Below are positions 35,590-37,891 of a DNA stretch of 37,891 bases, in pieces. A program made the position numbers and the translations under genes. The stretch's first letter is position 1. The number at the start of each line of letters is the position of its first letter. Source of the DNA: Octopus bimaculoides (Eukaryota). The notes beneath the pieces are model-generated. The model searched no databases and was not told the DNA's origin. It saw only the letters and a program-made list of their open reading frames with translations. The stretch is from NCBI RefSeq assembly GCF_001194135.2, contig NC_068982.1, positions 63,620,641 to 63,658,531 of the forward strand, given 5' to 3'.

Positions 35590-35670
35590 ATTACCATCAG
35601 TACACTATTTTTTCTACTCCATTGGAGATGAAAGGTAATGTCGAACCTCTCAGAACTGAACTTTGAAACC
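35590..35670 (-). mobile_element. Degraded SINE remnant, opposite orientation to 34935
   Basis: GATGAAAGGTAATGTCGAACCTCTCAGAACTGAACT resembles the reverse complement of GAGTTCAAATTCCGCCGAGGTCGACTTTGCCTTTCATC. Confidence 0.5.
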
Positions 35671-35831
35671 CATTAGTTTATGGCTAAATAGTATAAAATA
35701 CTTCGCTCGGGGAATCGCCTCCCTTATCTCTCTCACATCTCTGTCTCTCTCTCCCTCCTCTCTCTCTCTCTTCCTCTCTCACTAATTCCTCTCTCTCTCT
35801 CCTTCCTCTTTCTCTCTCTTCCTCTCTTTCC

Positions 35832-35868
<37 letters not shown>

Positions 35869-35933
35869 CTTTATTCTTCTGTTTTCCATATTTAACACAC
35901 TCACAAAATACTCTATATAATCTTATTCCAAGA

Positions 35934-36053
35934 AAGATGCAACAGCTCCTATGATTAACTGATTTTTACTGAAACATTCATTCTAAAGATACAAGTATGG
36001 AAATCTGAAGATCACATTGTAGCAAAACCTTAAGAGATGAGTAAACTGAGAGT
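35934..36053. repeat. Unclassified ~120 bp direct repeat, copy 2
   Basis: Homologous to 33243-33362. Confidence 0.85.
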
Positions 36054-36084
36054 CTCATATTTTGACACAATATGCTCACTCGAG

Positions 36085-37430
36085 GAGATAGTTGTAGTTG
36101 TTGATTATGGAGGCATATCCGGGTGTAGGAGGTTTATCCGGATTTTTTGAAGGAATTTGTCCAAAGACTTGTTGGGGTCTGTTTCTGCTTTAATGTGTTT
36201 TGGCGTAATCTTAAAAAGAGCGGAGCCAACTGAGGTGAAATAATTGTGCCGTAGTGTTGTTATGTGATGCGAGTACGATTTATGTTGTGGGCGGATAGTA
36301 CGGTGTCCAAGTCTTGGGCGTATCTTAGAGGCGATAGCAACATCATTTCGGCAATACCGATAGAATATTTTCCACATCATGTAGATGATATAGTGCTCAC
36401 GGCGGCGTTGGAGAGAATAAAGCTTGTGCTTTTCTAGTCGACCCCAATAGTTAAGCCCTGTCATGACATCTTTTTTTTTTTTTGTTATTGACCTTTGAAG
36501 GGCTTCAACTTTCATGACACTTTGTTTCATGTAGGGAGACCACAGTGGACAATAGTATTCAAGGCGGGGTCGGGCAAATGTGGAGAATAGAAGGATAATG
36601 ATGTGGATATCTCACGAATGTAAATTTCTGAGAATTCAAGAACACATTCTGTGGTCCATGTCAACTTTGCTTTTTATATGAGCCGCCCTGCTTATGCTAT
36701 TGTCCACAATTATTCCCAAATCTCCAATGTAGTTGGATGCAATGAGAGTTTCACTCGAAGGAAGGGGGTCTGGGAGTTTCAGGGTATCCTCCTTTCTGAA
36801 GTGGATCAATTCAAATTTGTCCTCGCTAAGCAGTATATTATTCTTTTCTGCCCATTGGATGACAGCCAGCAGATCTGACTGAAGGCATGCCCGGTCACCC
36901 ACTTCATTGATGACCTTCTGTATCTTGGAATCATCTGCAAAGATTCTTATGTTACTGTGCTTGATGATGTTAGCAATGTCATAGATGTAAATGAGGAAAA
37001 GAAGTGGGACCAACACAGTGTCTTGTGGAACACTACTACTAAACTTTGCTGGGCTTGATTTTACTCCTCCGAGTACAACATGTTGGGTTCTGCCTGTCAG
37101 GAAACACTTGATCCATTGTAGTAACTTTCCAGAGACACCAGTGTTGGATAGTCTTTTCAAGAGGATCTTATGATCCACCTTGTCAAAGGTCTTGCTGAAA
37201 TCAAGGTGATGCAGGGGCTGCGTTAGTCAGTTCCTTCCATTACGGAACCCATGTTGGTTGGGGTTCAACAGTCTATTGCTTTCCAAAAAGGGGGTTATTT
37301 GTGATCTCATCACCCTCTCAAACACTTTGATGATATGAGAGAGCTGCTGGTAGTTCACTGCAAGGGACTTGTTTCCCTTTTTGAAAACTATTTTATAGTA
37401 CATCCGTTCTGGTACATGGAGCTTCCTCAG
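36085..37430 (-). mobile_element. CR1-clade LINE, 5'-truncated RT pseudogene
   Basis: KVFERVM..NQHGFR (37227-37454); LDFSKTFDKVDHKILL..VPQDTVLVPLLFLIYI..IFADDSKI..LQSDL..KFELIHF (36636-37210); EALQRSITK..LYSLQRRRE (36105-36530); short CAA/CTA-rich tail near 36085. Confidence 0.9.
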
Positions 37431-37860
37431 AATGAAGGAAAATACATAAAACAAAATAAGAGAAGAAAAAAACAGAACCTCGAGGTGAGGAAAGACGGAT
37501 TATTATATTTGAATCATTCCACTTTGCAGTGTAACGCTTGAAGTCGAAGAGCAAATGACTAGAAAATTAATTGCTGAGTTATTCTTTCTTTAGGGGTAAC
37601 AGGGTGTATATATAATAAAAAGGAAAATTAAGTACTTTATTATAACGATATTCGTGAATAAGTCTAGAAAAAGAATAGTACTTAAGATTTCGCAAAGAAT
37701 ACTAATTAATAATTATCCAAATAACATGCCCATAAAAGAATTAGTTTAATATACTTACTGATACATTATAAAGACCAGCCACCTGTTGTCCGTAATAGGA
37801 CTGACCAAAGTCCAGCCGAAAAATATAATTGGTCAGTGAAATTTACGAATGGATATTTCT

Positions 37861-37861
<1 letters not shown>

Positions 37862-37891
<30 letters not shown>
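37862..37891. repeat. (TA)n microsatellite at window end
   Basis: Seen directly. Confidence 0.95.

Overview
AT-rich, gapped eukaryotic scaffold segment made almost entirely of decayed transposable elements and microsatellites. I infer an octopus/cephalopod genome from the SINE families and the very dense (GT)n, (GATA)n, (CT)n and (AAT)n repeats. No intact host gene, rRNA, tRNA or CRISPR array can be supported. Recognisable elements: four Penelope-like (PLE) fragments, including a 212-codon RT frame missed by the ORF track; two divergent RLE-type LINE fragments joined 5'-to-5'; a pogo transposon with one TIR; an AcademX-type DNA transposon (transposase + XPG/PIN nuclease + Cys-rich finger); an internally deleted Helitron; a near full-length R4/Dong-type retrotransposon between (AAT)n arrays; CR1 and RTE remnants; and several SINEs. 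The most interesting non-obvious signals are RNA-structural: a type I hammerhead ribozyme fold at 6776-6862, inverted relative to the adjacent PLE RT, and a degenerate HDV-like pseudoknot arrangement at the 5' end of the Dong-type element. All family calls come from motif recognition by eye, not database searches. Most element boundaries are approximate.
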